DNA from: the human T2T-CHM13v2.0 reference genome, Homo sapiens | DNA length: 64,000 nucleotides | Direction: 5' to 3' (one strand) | Assembly (NCBI RefSeq): GCF_009914755.1 | Contig: NC_060930.1 | Part shown: in pieces, positions 26,118 through 38,562 of the stretch | How the letters are laid out: each line of letters opens with the position of its first letter | Numbering within the stretch: the stretch's first letter is position 1 | Program-made: the position numbers and the translations under genes | Notes under the pieces: generated by a model | The model's database searches: none | What the model saw: only the letters and a program-made list of their open reading frames with translations | What the model was told of the DNA's origin: nothing

Positions 26118-27963
26118 TTATCTCTCCAGTTTTTTAAATAAACTTGTGCTGGTTGGAAATCTAAAGTGTTTTTCGCTTGTGTTCTTGTGTGTTTTATGTC
26201 TTAAGTTTTAACTAAGTGGCCTTATGCTCCATATTGGCACATTTTTCTAGGTCGAGTCTTCCATTCATATATTAAATAAACTTGCTGTCTTCATGTTATG
26301 TCTATATTCTGTCACATAAAGAGCAGAAATTATGCTGGGGTTTTTGGCTGTGTTTTGTTCTGTTTTAGGGGACCAGTTTGAATGGGCTATTTATACATTG
26401 CCAGGTTAAATATTTGTTTATCCCTAAACTCTAGTTTGTAAGAAATTACCATTTCATAATTCAGGCAGTAAAGGCTATTTGCCTAAAGAACATTTTATAT
26501 TTATTTCAGCATTATTGATTTCAAAGGAAATAAGTACCCTCAAATAATAAAAAATACAAAGTAATAAATGATCTACTATTAGTATATGAACTATTATGAA
26601 ACCAAATTAATTGTTATGATGACTGACTCACCCCATTAGAATGTAAATTCTAAAGAATAAAAATAACAGCTATTTTCTATTGTCTTTTACTTCGTGCCAA
26701 CTATGCTGTCTCTTACCCCACCCTCACCCTAGTGTAAACATTTATCCTAGACGAAATTCACTGTTAGACTGACACAGGGATCTAAGGTGAATATAGCCAG
26801 ACTTTGGGCAGCATCTTTCCCTCCCTCCTGAGCATTTCTAAGCCACTCCCCATTTCAGAGTTTCTGGATTCTGGAAAGCTTGGGTACATAGTGAATCCGC
26901 CACAGGATAGGACAAATTCTGCTTTCACCTTTTTCAAAGCCCCTAACCCCAAGTCTAACCTGGAGGCCATATCACTAAGAGACCATGATGTTATGGCTTG
27001 CTGAGCAGCTGAGCAGAAATTTGTTCTACTGTTTTACTAGATACTCTGAGCAGTACGAGACTGAATGTGTAGGTTTACACTGAGGGAAGATCTAATACAA
27101 AACAGGAGCTGCAATAATGAAAAAGGGCTGCAATACAAGAGTTATGAGGAACCCAAATTTATTGAATAGCCTGTGATGTTAACAGACATGACAAAATTCA
27201 GTTTTTTTAACACAAAGATGAACTGTAAGCTAACTGCTTGAAAACACATACAAACCAAAAGTCAGAAGAGGCTTTCTTCTGTAAGTATTCAGGGATCCCT
27301 TTGGTTTTTCTGGATTTGGCTTCTTAAGAGATCTCATGAAGCTTCTGAACACAACCTTGCATAAATTTTCTTTCAGCACTCCCAAAAGCATCCATAAAAA
27401 AACTCACTAATGTTTGAGAATCTCGCTTGATAATGTCCTGATCCTTAATAAGCTTTATTTCTCTTAATAAAAATCAATGGGAATCCTGGTTTCCCTTCGA
27501 TTTCATTTTTAACGAAGGTTTAAGCACCTGCATCACATATCTCACTTCAAGATAGCTAAGGATTTCTCACTTGGGAGCTAAAACGGGGTTCAGACTCAAT
27601 GATTCTTCTAAGCCCAGTAATTCTGGTGGTTTCATTTAACAATGAGGAAGACATTGAGCTGTAACATTTGTCACAGTTCTATAGAGCTCTTTCTAAGTTC
27701 ACATACCTAAATGATTTGATTCAAACATATTTATCATCAGATATGTAAAATTATTGACAACATTTCTTTTGATAATTTTTCCAGAAAGAAACTGTCTCCC
27801 TCTCATTTTTCTCTAATCCCAGAACTATCACAAACTCTGTTCAAGAATGTCCCACTTAATTATTTACTTGGAATATTTTTACCTTTCTATAAAGCAAGCA
27901 CCTTGTCATCTCATCTCCCTATAATTACATTTCCATGAAGCTTTGGTCTAAAAGGATGTATGA

Positions 27964-28289
<326 letters not shown>

Positions 28290-28869
28290 AGTCTTAGTCT
28301 TCTCATAACAGTAAGCTGAAGGAGCAGGTCTGTTAAATTAATCCATTTTTATTAGAAAACAGAGAGAGAAAACAATTTTTTTAATGAAGAAGCTGCAAAA
28401 CTATAACTTGAAAGTGAAATTACTTATTTGAAACCTCAGTGCCTAGATAAGTGGCAGACACCTTAAAAACATTTAATTTCTGTTTGTTGAACAAATGAAT
28501 TAATATATGCCCTAAATATTCATTGCATGGCATTGATCACCACAGGTGTGAAGGAAGCTAGACACAGCAAAGTAGTTATAATCAGTGCAGATATATATTT
28601 CCATTATTTTAGATTTTTTTTTCCTAAAAAATAAAATATCACCATCCATATTTCTCATGTAATTTTAAATGCCATTATAAATTGGTATTTGCAGCTATAT
28701 TTAAGCAAATAGTGAAGAGTAATTTTTAACGGATCAAAAGGTAACATATGTAATACAGTGAAAAATCTTCCTTTCTTTCCAAGTAGTTAAGTGAAAAAGA
28801 GGAAACTAAAACTAATCACATGTGTGTGTTATTGGTGTGTGTATGCACTCTCTTCCACTCTGTTGTTGC

Positions 28870-29075
28870 TCCATGAACATTCACATATTTAATCCTTTCC
28901 ATAACATGCTGAGGCAGTTACTCTGCTTATTTTCATTTTACAGTTTTTTGCAGAAAACCGAGACTAAGATTATTTAAGTAACTTACCTCAAATTATATAA
29001 CTGAGTACTGGTAGAACTGAGATTTTAAATCAAACAGTGATTTTGGGACCCATGCTTTTAGGTACTATTCTACAT
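28870..29075 (-). mobile_element. MIR SINE
   Basis: ATTTAATCCTTTCCATAAC...CATTTTACAG...GAAAACCGAGACT...AAGTAACTTACCTCAA. Confidence 0.7.
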
Positions 29076-30389
29076 TCTCTTTCTACTAGAATAGTAACAC
29101 TTCCATAGGTTCTTGGCTAGAATATTACAATTTTAATACTGCGTAGGAAGCTCAGGAGTCAATAAAAAAAAAAACAGGGAAACAAAAACTGTAAAAATGG
29201 ATTTCACTGTGACTCACTGAATTCAGAAATAGTTTCCCGGAAATGTGACTACTGGAATTTATCTCTGGGAAATAAATAATAATCTTTCTCTTTTTTTTCC
29301 ATTTTGCATCCTTAAAAACTCTATTTCAATGTGTTCTCTGAATGTTCTAGTATCTCTGTGCTTTAATTAGCAGCTGTTTCCAAGTGTGATAGGTGATTCA
29401 TGCTAGTCTTAATATTGTATATAATTGGATCTCTAAGGCAAATTTATCTGTCAGAGTAAAATTGATCTACAAGTAGCTCCCTCTAGCTAATACCTAAATT
29501 AGTTTCACCTGGACTCTGCCCTTTGATTCTTTCTGAATTATACCCAAGGAAGGAAAGATAACAGCTGGTGTAGGAAGCAGCAATTTTATCCTAAAGAGTC
29601 TAAGGTGAGTCCAAAATGATTATAAAAGGAACAAGAAGACTAAACATATTTATAGGCTAACTTTGGAAAATCAAGCTTACAACCCATTATATCTTAGAAT
29701 ATTTAGAACCCACTATTAAGAATGGACACTTTGAAGAGTACTGGCCAAGACTCTTACACCAGTGAACAGAAGAAAATTATGACTAGGGGTTTTGGATTCC
29801 ATTATACCTTTTTTTTATGGTGTAAATATAGACCCTATGTATTTGCCTGTTCCTCTTGTTTTCTTCTTAGTATTAAGTAACTCCAAACCTACTTACTTTT
29901 CTTGGGCAAAGTACACAATGGTCTCTCATTAAACAGATAATCAGTAAGGCTTACTCAGAGGTAGAGTAAATAATGGTTTATTTGTTGTGGTTAGAAAAGG
30001 CCCTTTCATTCCCAAGTTATATTATAAGGAGTCCCTTACTTCACCAGGCTGTGCCCCTGAGCTTTGTGCAAAATTTGTCACCTGGGCTCCATGTCTTGTC
30101 TCCTCCCATCACCTGCAGAACCTCCCCATAATAGTCATCTTTCTTAAAACAGATATCTCGGTGTCCTTATTGCCTAGAACTGGTCCTGCTAGATTATAAA
30201 TTATCTTAAATTCTCTTTTTTAAATGTCTAACTCCCCAAGCAATGATCTCCCAAAAAGGTGAGAATTTTGTCATCACTATTTAATAGAAAGAATGCTAAA
30301 GAAGAAATTGCAAGATCCCGACTTTGGAAATTGCATTTGCTCTCTCTGATCATCAGTATATTCTTCTGTCACATGTAAGATATTGGCTT

Positions 30390-30670
30390 CACTAGTTTTT
30401 CCCAATGTGTTTTCTGAAGAACACTAATTTTGTTAGGTACTCTGCAAACAAAATGAGCCTGCTCTCAAAAAATTGGGAAAATACTCAGGTATTCCTCCTA
30501 GACATCAGTGACATATGGGAAAGACTCTCAGAAATCCTGTAGTTAAAAAATAATACAAAAAGGGATTAGGTTTGTTTCATACATGATTTCCCCCAAATTG
30601 TAGACCTCTTTTAAGAAAACATATTAGTATCTTATAACACCAGGATTTCGAGAGAGAATGTTAGGGACAA
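30390..30670. mobile_element. Degenerate hAT-Charlie-type MITE
   Basis: TTTCCCAATGTGTTTTCTGAAGAACACTA start and ATTTCCCCCAAATTG internal motif. Confidence 0.35.
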
Positions 30671-30960
30671 TCAATCTGCAAAATCTCTTCCAACACAAAA
30701 CCTTCGAAGATTATGATCACTGTGTACCATCCATCAGCATATCACTGTTAAAGTCAAAATATACCTGTGGAGGTAAAATATTAATTGGTTGCCTACTATT
30801 AACCTTGCATTTATATTCACCTGAAAAACAAGTTGTTCCATAACCATTATGTAGTAAAAACGAGATTAGAACCCATCGATAAGCAGATGAAATTAGTAGT
30901 ACTTTACTAAAAGAAGTTTAGATGTAGAAGGAGGAGACCAAAGTGTAAAATATAAGAAAA

Positions 30961-31255
30961 GGCCAGGAGTGGTGGCTTATGCCTGTAATCCTAGAACTTT
31001 GGGAGGCAGGAGGATGGCTCAAGCCCAGCAGTTCCAGACCAGCCGGGGCAACATAGCAAGGACCCCTTTCTACAGAAAAAAATGAAAATGAAAATTAAAA
31101 TTAAAAAATAAAAAAGAATTAGCCAGGCATGGTGGCAGACTTATTTAGTCCCAGCAAATTGGAAGGCTTTGCTTGCGCCCAGGAGTTCAAGGCTACAGTG
31201 AGCTATGATTGAGCCACTGCATTCCAGCCTGGTTGACAGAGTGAGATCCTGTCTC
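30961..31255 (+). mobile_element. AluJ-type SINE with small deletions and no visible poly(A) tail
   Basis: GGCCAGGAGTGGTGGCTTATGCCTGTAATCC ... GGAGTTCAAGGCTACAGTGAGCTATGATT ... GAGATCCTGTCTC. Confidence 0.9.
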
Positions 31256-32399
31256 CCTAGATTTAATAACAGTAAGTATTCTGATGGAATTATATATGGA
31301 GTACAATGGAGATACAAGGAATGTTTGGCTAAGCTGGGGAATAAACTGACTACGTCAATATAAGAAGGTGTGTCTTGAGATGAGCATTAAGAAGGAGCCA
31401 GGATTTATCAATGAAGAACAAATGATTTTCTCAGAATATGATCATCCTCAGGATGGAGGAAGCAGGATGAGATGGAACAAGAAGCAGTGGTGAAGCATCA
31501 GAAAACTGCTGATGGGAGGGGAGAAAAATTCAGGGCATTGCCTACAAGGGATATATGGGGCTGAGATTCTCCGGTTAGGCAGCTTAAAAGGGAGTTGAGA
31601 AAGTATGGAAGACACAGACACATTTCCCCTGAAACCTTGGCTGTGATAAAAAACAAAACCTATGTAACAAATTCAGATTTCTAACTTTAAATATCCAGAA
31701 GGCTTGCTTTATATGATTTAGTATAACAGGGTGACATTTCATTCAGCTGCTTCATAAAAATAGAAAATTACCTTTTGTTTTCTTCTAGGCTTATATATAC
31801 CTTGAGGGTATCCAAAGTGTTTCAGAGCAGGCTGTATAATATGTTGCCCTGAGGTAGATAAATCCAAAGATGAAGCAAAATGTAACCAGCACAGAGTTAC
31901 TGGCCTGATTTTAAGAACTGTTTTCCAGGGAAAGGGAATGTAATTCATAATATACATTTCTGGGGAGATAGCATTCCCAGCAAAGAGACCTATATTATTG
32001 TAAATATCAAGCAAGCCCAATCCTCTGCTTTCTCCTTACAATTTATCTGCCTCAGGTTGATAATAATAATAATGCACTCACTTCTACAGCATCTCAAATC
32101 CAAGGATTTCTGAGTGCTTTGTAAATGTGAATCAATTCTTAAGACACTCCTGTGAGGCAGGTAAAAACTGTTACTAATATTTTATAAAGAAAGTAATATA
32201 TGAGAGACTTAACAAGTTCTCCATCATTTATTTCTTGGTGCCTGAGATTCTGAGATGAAAATATGCATGCCTGTGTACACACATACACATACACAGAGTG
32301 GGCCCTGACATCTGTGGGGCCACAGGATAGAAAGAGGCATGTGTTTAAAAAAATCGTTGTGATAAAATAGAAGGTGAGTTACAGAATACAGCCATGACT

Positions 32400-32604
32400 C
32401 TAAGGATGCCATGATCACCGTTGCTTGCAGAAATCAGCACGAGCTTCAAAGGGAACATGCTGTTTGGTCACACTCATGAAGGATGATGAGGTGTTCAAGG
32501 CACAGGAGGTGAAGGAGGCAGAAGATACATTGTATAAAAAGCCATGAAGACATGAAACTGCATGATATATATAAAGAACTGAAAGGAGTCTTGTTTGGCT
32601 AGAG
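32400..32604 (-). mobile_element. L2 fragment
   Basis: AGCCATGAAGACATGAAACTGCATGAT...AAAGAACTGAAAGGAGTCTTGTTTGGCTAGAGCA. Confidence 0.55.
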
Positions 32605-32826
32605 CAAGGGGCCACATACTCACATGCCTACCAGGCTAGGCAAATCATGTAAATGGTAAGTATCTGCATGGAGATTCTGGTGACCTGTAAATCATGTCTT
32701 TGCCACAGAAGGCAGGGGCTGCTACTCATTTCTACTGGATTGTTGCCCTATAGGACTGGAGGCTCAGTGGTGTCATATGTTCTGCTTTTGCAAGATGAAC
32801 CAGACATCAGAATTTTGAAATCCTCC
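32605..32826. mobile_element. MER102-like hAT-Charlie element
   Basis: ACTCACATGCCTACCAGGCTAGGCA, GCTGCTACTCA...GATTGTTGCC, TTTTGCAAGATGAACCAGACATC. Confidence 0.65.
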
Positions 32827-33189
32827 TAGAGTGAGGAGGATGGTATGGTCCCTCCAATTCCACAGTGAGAGATGTTAGGGTCTTGCCTCTCATCGCAACT
32901 CACGCAATGAGGAAGGATGTTCAGTGCTAGGTGGCTCAAAATGAAAATTTTTTACCCAGCGTATATTGAGATGGTGGTATAGACAGTACTCTCATCTTGG
33001 CTTAGAAAGATTACTTCTTGTGTGCTTGAAGGAAAGTCACTTAACTTCTCTGGTCTTAGTTTCCATATCTATAAAACTAAAGGGCTTGGGCCAGAGGAGC
33101 TCTAATAGTCCCCTAAAACTCTCTAATGTAATTGTTTTCGTTGGCATTTCCACACCTATAAAAAAGTCCACAAACGAGACACAACTTCT

Positions 33190-34292
33190 GTGAAATTTCC
33201 ACAGTTCGTAGTCGTTATTAAGATAATATACAAGAATACAAGAAGGGAAGGTTGGAAAGACAAAAAGAATGAACACACAGAAAACAAATAAAGTAGTATA
33301 CCTAATTTTAATCACATTACAAACTACATAAAATATGAACGAATTATGCATGCTAATTAAAAGACAAAAATAGAACAGATACAACGTAAGACCAACTCTA
33401 TGCTGCAAACAAGAGATACAACTTAATATAAAGTCATATATAGCCTGAAAGTGCATGGGAAAAATATATCAAGAATAAATATAAGAAGACTGGAATATCT
33501 ATATTAATATCAAGTAAAATAAATGTCAAAACAGTGAATATTACCAAAAGATAAAAAGAAGCATTTAATAATGATGAGGGCTAATGAATTAGGAAGAAGT
33601 CATGACCGTATGTATGTATTTACTTAATAACAGAGCCTAAAAATATTGAAAGCAAAAATTGACAGAAATGCAAGGAGAAATGAAGATTTCCACCAGACCT
33701 CAGGGGGAGATTTCAACTCCCAATTCTCTGCACTAGACAAAGATACCAAGAACATACATTAGGGAAAGGACTGTCTCTTCAATAAATAGTACTGAGAAAA
33801 CTGGATATCCATTTACAAAAGGATGAAACCATACCCTTATCTCTTTGTGCTTAACAGGACAACTAGACAAAACAATCAGTAAAGACCTACATGATCTGAA
33901 CAGCACTATCAGCTAACTTGACAAGAAACTACAAAACATATTTTTTTAAGTGCACATGATACATGATACACTGTCCAAGATGTACTATTTATGGGGTCAT
34001 GAAAAAAGACTCAGTACATTTAAAAGAATTGAAATCATGAAGAGCATGTCCTTTTACACTGATTGCATTAAAATAAAAATTAATAAAAATGAGTTATCTA
34101 GGAAACCTTCAAACATTTAGAAATTAATACATTTTAAGTGATCTATGGGTCAAATAGGAAATTATATGCATTTAAAAATATTCCAAAAATAATAAATATT
34201 AAAACAACATATCAAAATTTATGAGATGCAGTTAATGTAGTGATTTAAAAAAATGTATAGCTTTAAATGATTATACTAGAAGTGAGGTCTAA
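33190..34292 (+). mobile_element. Old L1M (L1ME2-like host) ORF2 5' part
   Basis: Endonuclease-region motifs (AAGACCAACTCTATGCTG..ACAAGAGATACA, GGAGATTTCAACTCCC, AAAGAATTGAAATCAT). Confidence 0.75.
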
Positions 34293-34680
34293 AATTACTT
34301 GAGATGATCATATGGTTTTTGTCCTTCATTCTGTTAATATAATGTATTTTGCTTATTGATTTGTGTATGTTGAATCATTTTTGCATTGCAGGAATAAATC
34401 CCACTTGATTATTTTGAATGATCTTTTTGAGGTGCTGTTGGATTGGGCTTGCTAGTATTTTGTTGAGAATTTTTGCATCTGTGTTCATCAGGGATATCAG
34501 CCTAGAGCTTTTTGTTGTTGTTGTGTCTTTTTCTGGTTTTGGTATCATCGTAATGCTTACTTCTTGCAAGGAGTTTGGAAGAATTCTCTCCAATATTTTT
34601 GTAATAGTTTGAAAAGAATTGGTATTAGTTCATCTTTAAATATTTGGTAGAATTCAGCTGTGAAGTCTTGGATCCTTGGC

Positions 34681-35272
34681 TTTTTCTTTTTAGTTTAATT
34701 TTTATGGGTATGTATTAGGTACACATATTTATGGGGTACATGAGGTATTTTGGTACAGACATGCAATGCACAATAATATCAGGGAAAATTGGGTATTCAT
34801 CCCTTCAAGCATTTATCCTTTGTCTTACAAACAATCTAATTATGCTCTTTCAGTTATTTTAGAACGTACAATTAAATTCTATTTACTTTTATTTATTTAT
34901 TTACTTGAGACAGAGTCTTGCTCTGTCACCCAGGCTGGAGTGCAGTGGTGCTATCTTTGCTTACTGCAACGTCTGCCTCCCGGGTTCAAGAGATTCTCAT
35001 GCCTCAGTCTCCTGAGTAGCTGGGATTACAGGCATTTGTCATGACACCTGGCTAATTTTTTATAATTTTTAGTAGAGATGGAGCTTTACTATGTTGGCCA
35101 GGCTGGTCTTGAACTCCTGGCCTCAAGTGATCCACCTGCTTCAGACTCCCAAAGTGTTAGGATTACTTACAGGCATAAGCCACCATGCCCATCCAATTAA
35201 ATTTGTATTGACTGTAGTCCTCTTGTGCTATCAAGTATAAGGTCTTATTCATTCTTTTTATTTTATTTGTAC
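34681..35272 (-). mobile_element. L1MA2-like 3'-end insertion (nested; split by an Alu)
   Basis: TTTAATTTTTATGGGTATGTATTAGGT...GGGTATTCATCCCTTCAAGCATTTATCC; degenerate TSD CT(T/G)GG(C/A)TTTT. Confidence 0.8.
34879..35194 (-). mobile_element. AluS (Sz-like), nested in L1MA2
   Basis: Full antisense Alu; TSD AATTAAATT at 34870-34878 and 35195-35203. Confidence 0.93.
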
Positions 35273-36070
35273 TGGGATTTTTTGATGGAAGACTTTTTAT
35301 TACTGATTCAATTTTGTTACTTCTTATTGGTCTGTTCAGGTTTTCTATTTCATCATGGTTCAGTCTTGGGAGGTTGTCTGTATGTAGGAATTTATCCATT
35401 TCTTCTAAGTTTTCCAATTTCTCGGTGTATAGTTGTTCATAGTAGTCTCTACTGATCCTGTGTATTTGTGTGGTGTCAATTGTGAGGTTTCCTTTCTCAC
35501 CTCTGATTTTATTTCAGTCTTCTCTCTTTTTTTCTTAGTCTAGCTAAAGGTTTGTCTATTTTGTTTATCTATTCAAAAAACCAACTCTTCATTTCATTGG
35601 TCTTTAGTATTTTTAATCTGTATTTTGTTTATTTCTGCTCTGATCTTTATTACTAAGCATCAGTGAACTGTAAATCAAAACCACAATGAGATATGATCTC
35701 ACCCCAGTTAGAATGGTTATTATCAAAGAGACCAAAAGTAACAAATTTGGGCAAGGATGTAGAGAAAGGGAAACTCATACTCTGTTGGTGGGAATGTAAA
35801 TTAGTGCATCCATTATTGGACTAGCACATTCATACTGTCCATCTAGTGATGGACAATAATATGGAGGGTCCTCAAAAAATTAAAAATATAAGTACCATAT
35901 GATCCAACAATTCCACTGATGCATATATATATCTGAGGGAAAGGAAATCAGTATTTCAATGAGAGATCTGCACTCTCATGTTTATTGCTGCACTGTTCAC
36001 AATAGCCAAGATATGGAATCAACCTAGGTATCCATCAATGAATGAATGGATTAAAAAATGTAGTATACAT

Positions 36071-36435
36071 GGGAATACTTTGCAGCCATAAAAAGAACAA
36101 AATAATATCCTTTGCAGTTGTATGGATAGAGCTGGAGGCCATTATCCTAAGCAAAATAACACAGGAACAGAAAACCAAATACCACATGTTCTCATTTTTA
36201 TAAAGGAGCTAAACAGTGAGAACACATGGATGCTAGGAGGGAAACAACAGATCTGGGGCCTACTTGAGAGTGGAGGGTAGGAGGAAGGAGAGGATCAGAA
36301 AAAATACCTATTGGGTACTATGCTTATTACGTGGGTGATGAAATTATCTGTACCCCAGAGCCCCATGACACAGAGTTTACCTATATAATGGATCTTTACC
36401 TGTACCCCTGAGCCTAACATAAAAGTTAAAAAAAA
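36071..36435 (+). mobile_element. L1PA15/16-like 3' end, nested in L1MA6
   Basis: GGGGCCTACTTGAGAGTGGAGGG..GAGGATCAGAAAAAATACCTATTGGGTACTATGCTTATTAC...; flanked by TTAAAAAATGT repeats at 36051-36061 and 36447-36457. Confidence 0.85.
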
Positions 36436-36456
36436 TCAAGAATCTTTTAAAAAATG

Positions 36457-36457
<1 letters not shown>

Positions 36458-36539
<82 letters not shown>
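36458..36539. repeat. (TA)21 G (AC)19 compound microsatellite
   Basis: Read directly; lies where the L1 'ATATATACAC' seed would be. Confidence 0.95.
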
Positions 36540-36541
<2 letters not shown>

Positions 36542-36576
36542 TGAATGCTATTCAGCCATAAAAAATAATAAAATCT

Positions 36577-36714
36577 GGCTGGGCACAATGGCTCACTCCT
36601 GTAATCCTAACACTATGGGAGGCCAAGCTGAGTGGAGATTGCGTCACTGCACTCCAGCCTGGGCAACAGAACAAGACTCCATCTCAAAAAAATAATAAAA
36701 ATAATAAATAAAAT
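36577..36714 (+). mobile_element. Internally deleted Alu (about 109 bp plus A-rich tail)
   Basis: First ~50 nt of the left arm joined to the last ~60 nt of the right arm. Confidence 0.85.
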
Positions 36715-37993
36715 TAATGAAATCCTGTCATTTGTGCAACATGGATGAGCCTGGAGGACATTATATGGAGTGAATTAAGACAAGCACAAAAGGACAAATA
36801 CTGCACGATATCACTCATATGTGTAATCTAAAAATTTTGATCTCGTGCAAGTAGAAAGTTAAATAGAGGTTACCAGAGGCTGGGGAGAGCAGGAAGGTGG
36901 GGAGGATGGGGAGAAGTTGGTCAACGGATACAAAGTTACAGTTAGGTAGCAGTAATAAGTTCTGGTGTTCTATCACACAGTAGGGTAACTATAGTTAATA
37001 ATGTATTTTATATTTCAAAATATCCAGAAGAGACAATTTTGAATGTTCTCACCACAAAAAAATGACAAGTATTTGAGGTGATGGATATTCTAATTACTCT
37101 GATTTGATCATTATACAATGTATACATATATCAGAACATCACAGTGTACCCCATAAATATATAAAATTATGATGTATTAAGAAAGTAAAATTTAAAATAA
37201 ATCAATTACTTGAGACACTAAAACAATATAGTCCAATTGGGAGAAAAAACCTTTTCAATAAATAGTGCTGGAATAATATAGAAAAAATAAGCTTCAACCC
37301 TTACCTCACACCATACATAAAATTTAATTTGAAATAGATCATGGACTTACATGTAAAGAATAAAACCATAAGACTTTTAGAAGACACATAAGAAGATTTT
37401 TCATGACTTGAAAGTAGGCAAAGGTAATTTAGATAGGTCACAGAACAAAATAACTGTGTAGTCAAATATGGTATATTAGTCACAAATTCCTACTAATAAA
37501 AAGCTCCTTTAAAATGAATAGATAAGCTGCACAGTCAGAGAAAAACACCTGTAATATATATTGGACAAGGGACACTGAGATCCAAGATTTATAAATAATT
37601 CCTAAATTTTGAAGAAAAAAGACAATGCAATTAAAATGAGCAAAAGATTTGTCCATATACTTCCTAAAAGAAGATATATGAAGGACCAATAAGCACATAA
37701 AGAGTTGTTCTATGTCATTAATTATTAGAGAAATAAAAAATAAAAAATAAAACTACAGTATGTGTTATTACATGCCTGCTAACATTTTAAAAATGGACAA
37801 AACCAAATGCTATCGAGGATGTGGAATAACTAGAACTTTTGTACATCGTTGGTTATGATGTAAGATGGTTCAGCCTCTGGAGATAAAAGTCTGGTGGTTT
37901 CTTATCAAAATAAGTATACCTACCTCAGGACCAAGTAACTTTACTTTTAGATTTCAACCTAAAAGAAATTAAAACATGTTCACAAAACAAATA

Positions 37994-38562
37994 CAACCAT
38001 GTGTCACTTAATGATGGGGATATGTTCTGAGAAATGTGTCATTAAACATTTGAAATGCTTCATTAAGTAATTTTGTTTTGTAATAACAGAGTGTACTTAC
38101 ACAAATCTAGATGGCACATATATATATGGAAAACCAAATGTCCCAGCACCATTACCGAATATTAATCATTTCCCCTACTCGATCTGCAATGCCAATATCA
38201 AATGACATATATCAGGTTTCTATATGCTTCATTATAATCTTTTTTTAAATTATACTTTAAGTTTTAGGGTACATGTGCACAATGTGCAGGTTAGTTACAT
38301 ATGTATACATGTGCCATGTTGGCGTACTGCACCCATTAACTCATCATTTAACATTATGTATATCTCCTAATGCTATCCCTCCCCCTCCCCCCACCCCACA
38401 ACAGGCCCCGGTGTGTGATGTTCCCCTTCCTGTGTCCATGTGTTCTCATTGTTCAATTCCCACCTATGAGTGAGAACATGCAGTGTTTGGTTTTTTGTCC
38501 TTGGGACCTCTATTATATATGCTCCGTCATTGACCAAATCATGATTATGTGGCAAATAATTG
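37994..38562. mobile_element. Tigger3-family MITE (Tigger3d-like), split by L1PA4
   Basis: TA then CAACCATGTGTCACTTAATGATGGGGATATGTTCTGAGAAATG at the left; GGGACC..TATATGCTCCGTCATTGACCAAATC..ATTATGTGGC..TG at the right. Confidence 0.8.
38241..38503 (-). mobile_element. L1PA4-like 3' end (about 260 bp)
   Basis: TTATACTTTAAGTTTTAGGGTACATGTGCACAATGTGCAGG...CATTTAACATT...CAGGCCCCGGTGTGTGATG. Confidence 0.95.

Larger units (their letters stand above)
34299..37203 (+). mobile_element. L1MA6-like insertion with 5' inversion (antisense about 34299-35652, sense about 35653-37203), containing nested elements
   Basis: Flanking direct repeat AATTACTTGAGA at 34293-34304 and 37204-37215; ORF2 peptides on the minus strand (34375-34593, 35163-35417); L1MA5/6-type 3' UTR at 36720-37190. 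Confidence 0.8.

Noticed and set aside
33037-33456. 139-aa hydrophobic ORF on the minus strand
   Set aside because: It is the antisense reading of A-rich L1 plus MIR sequence; the Phe/Leu/Cys richness is compositional.
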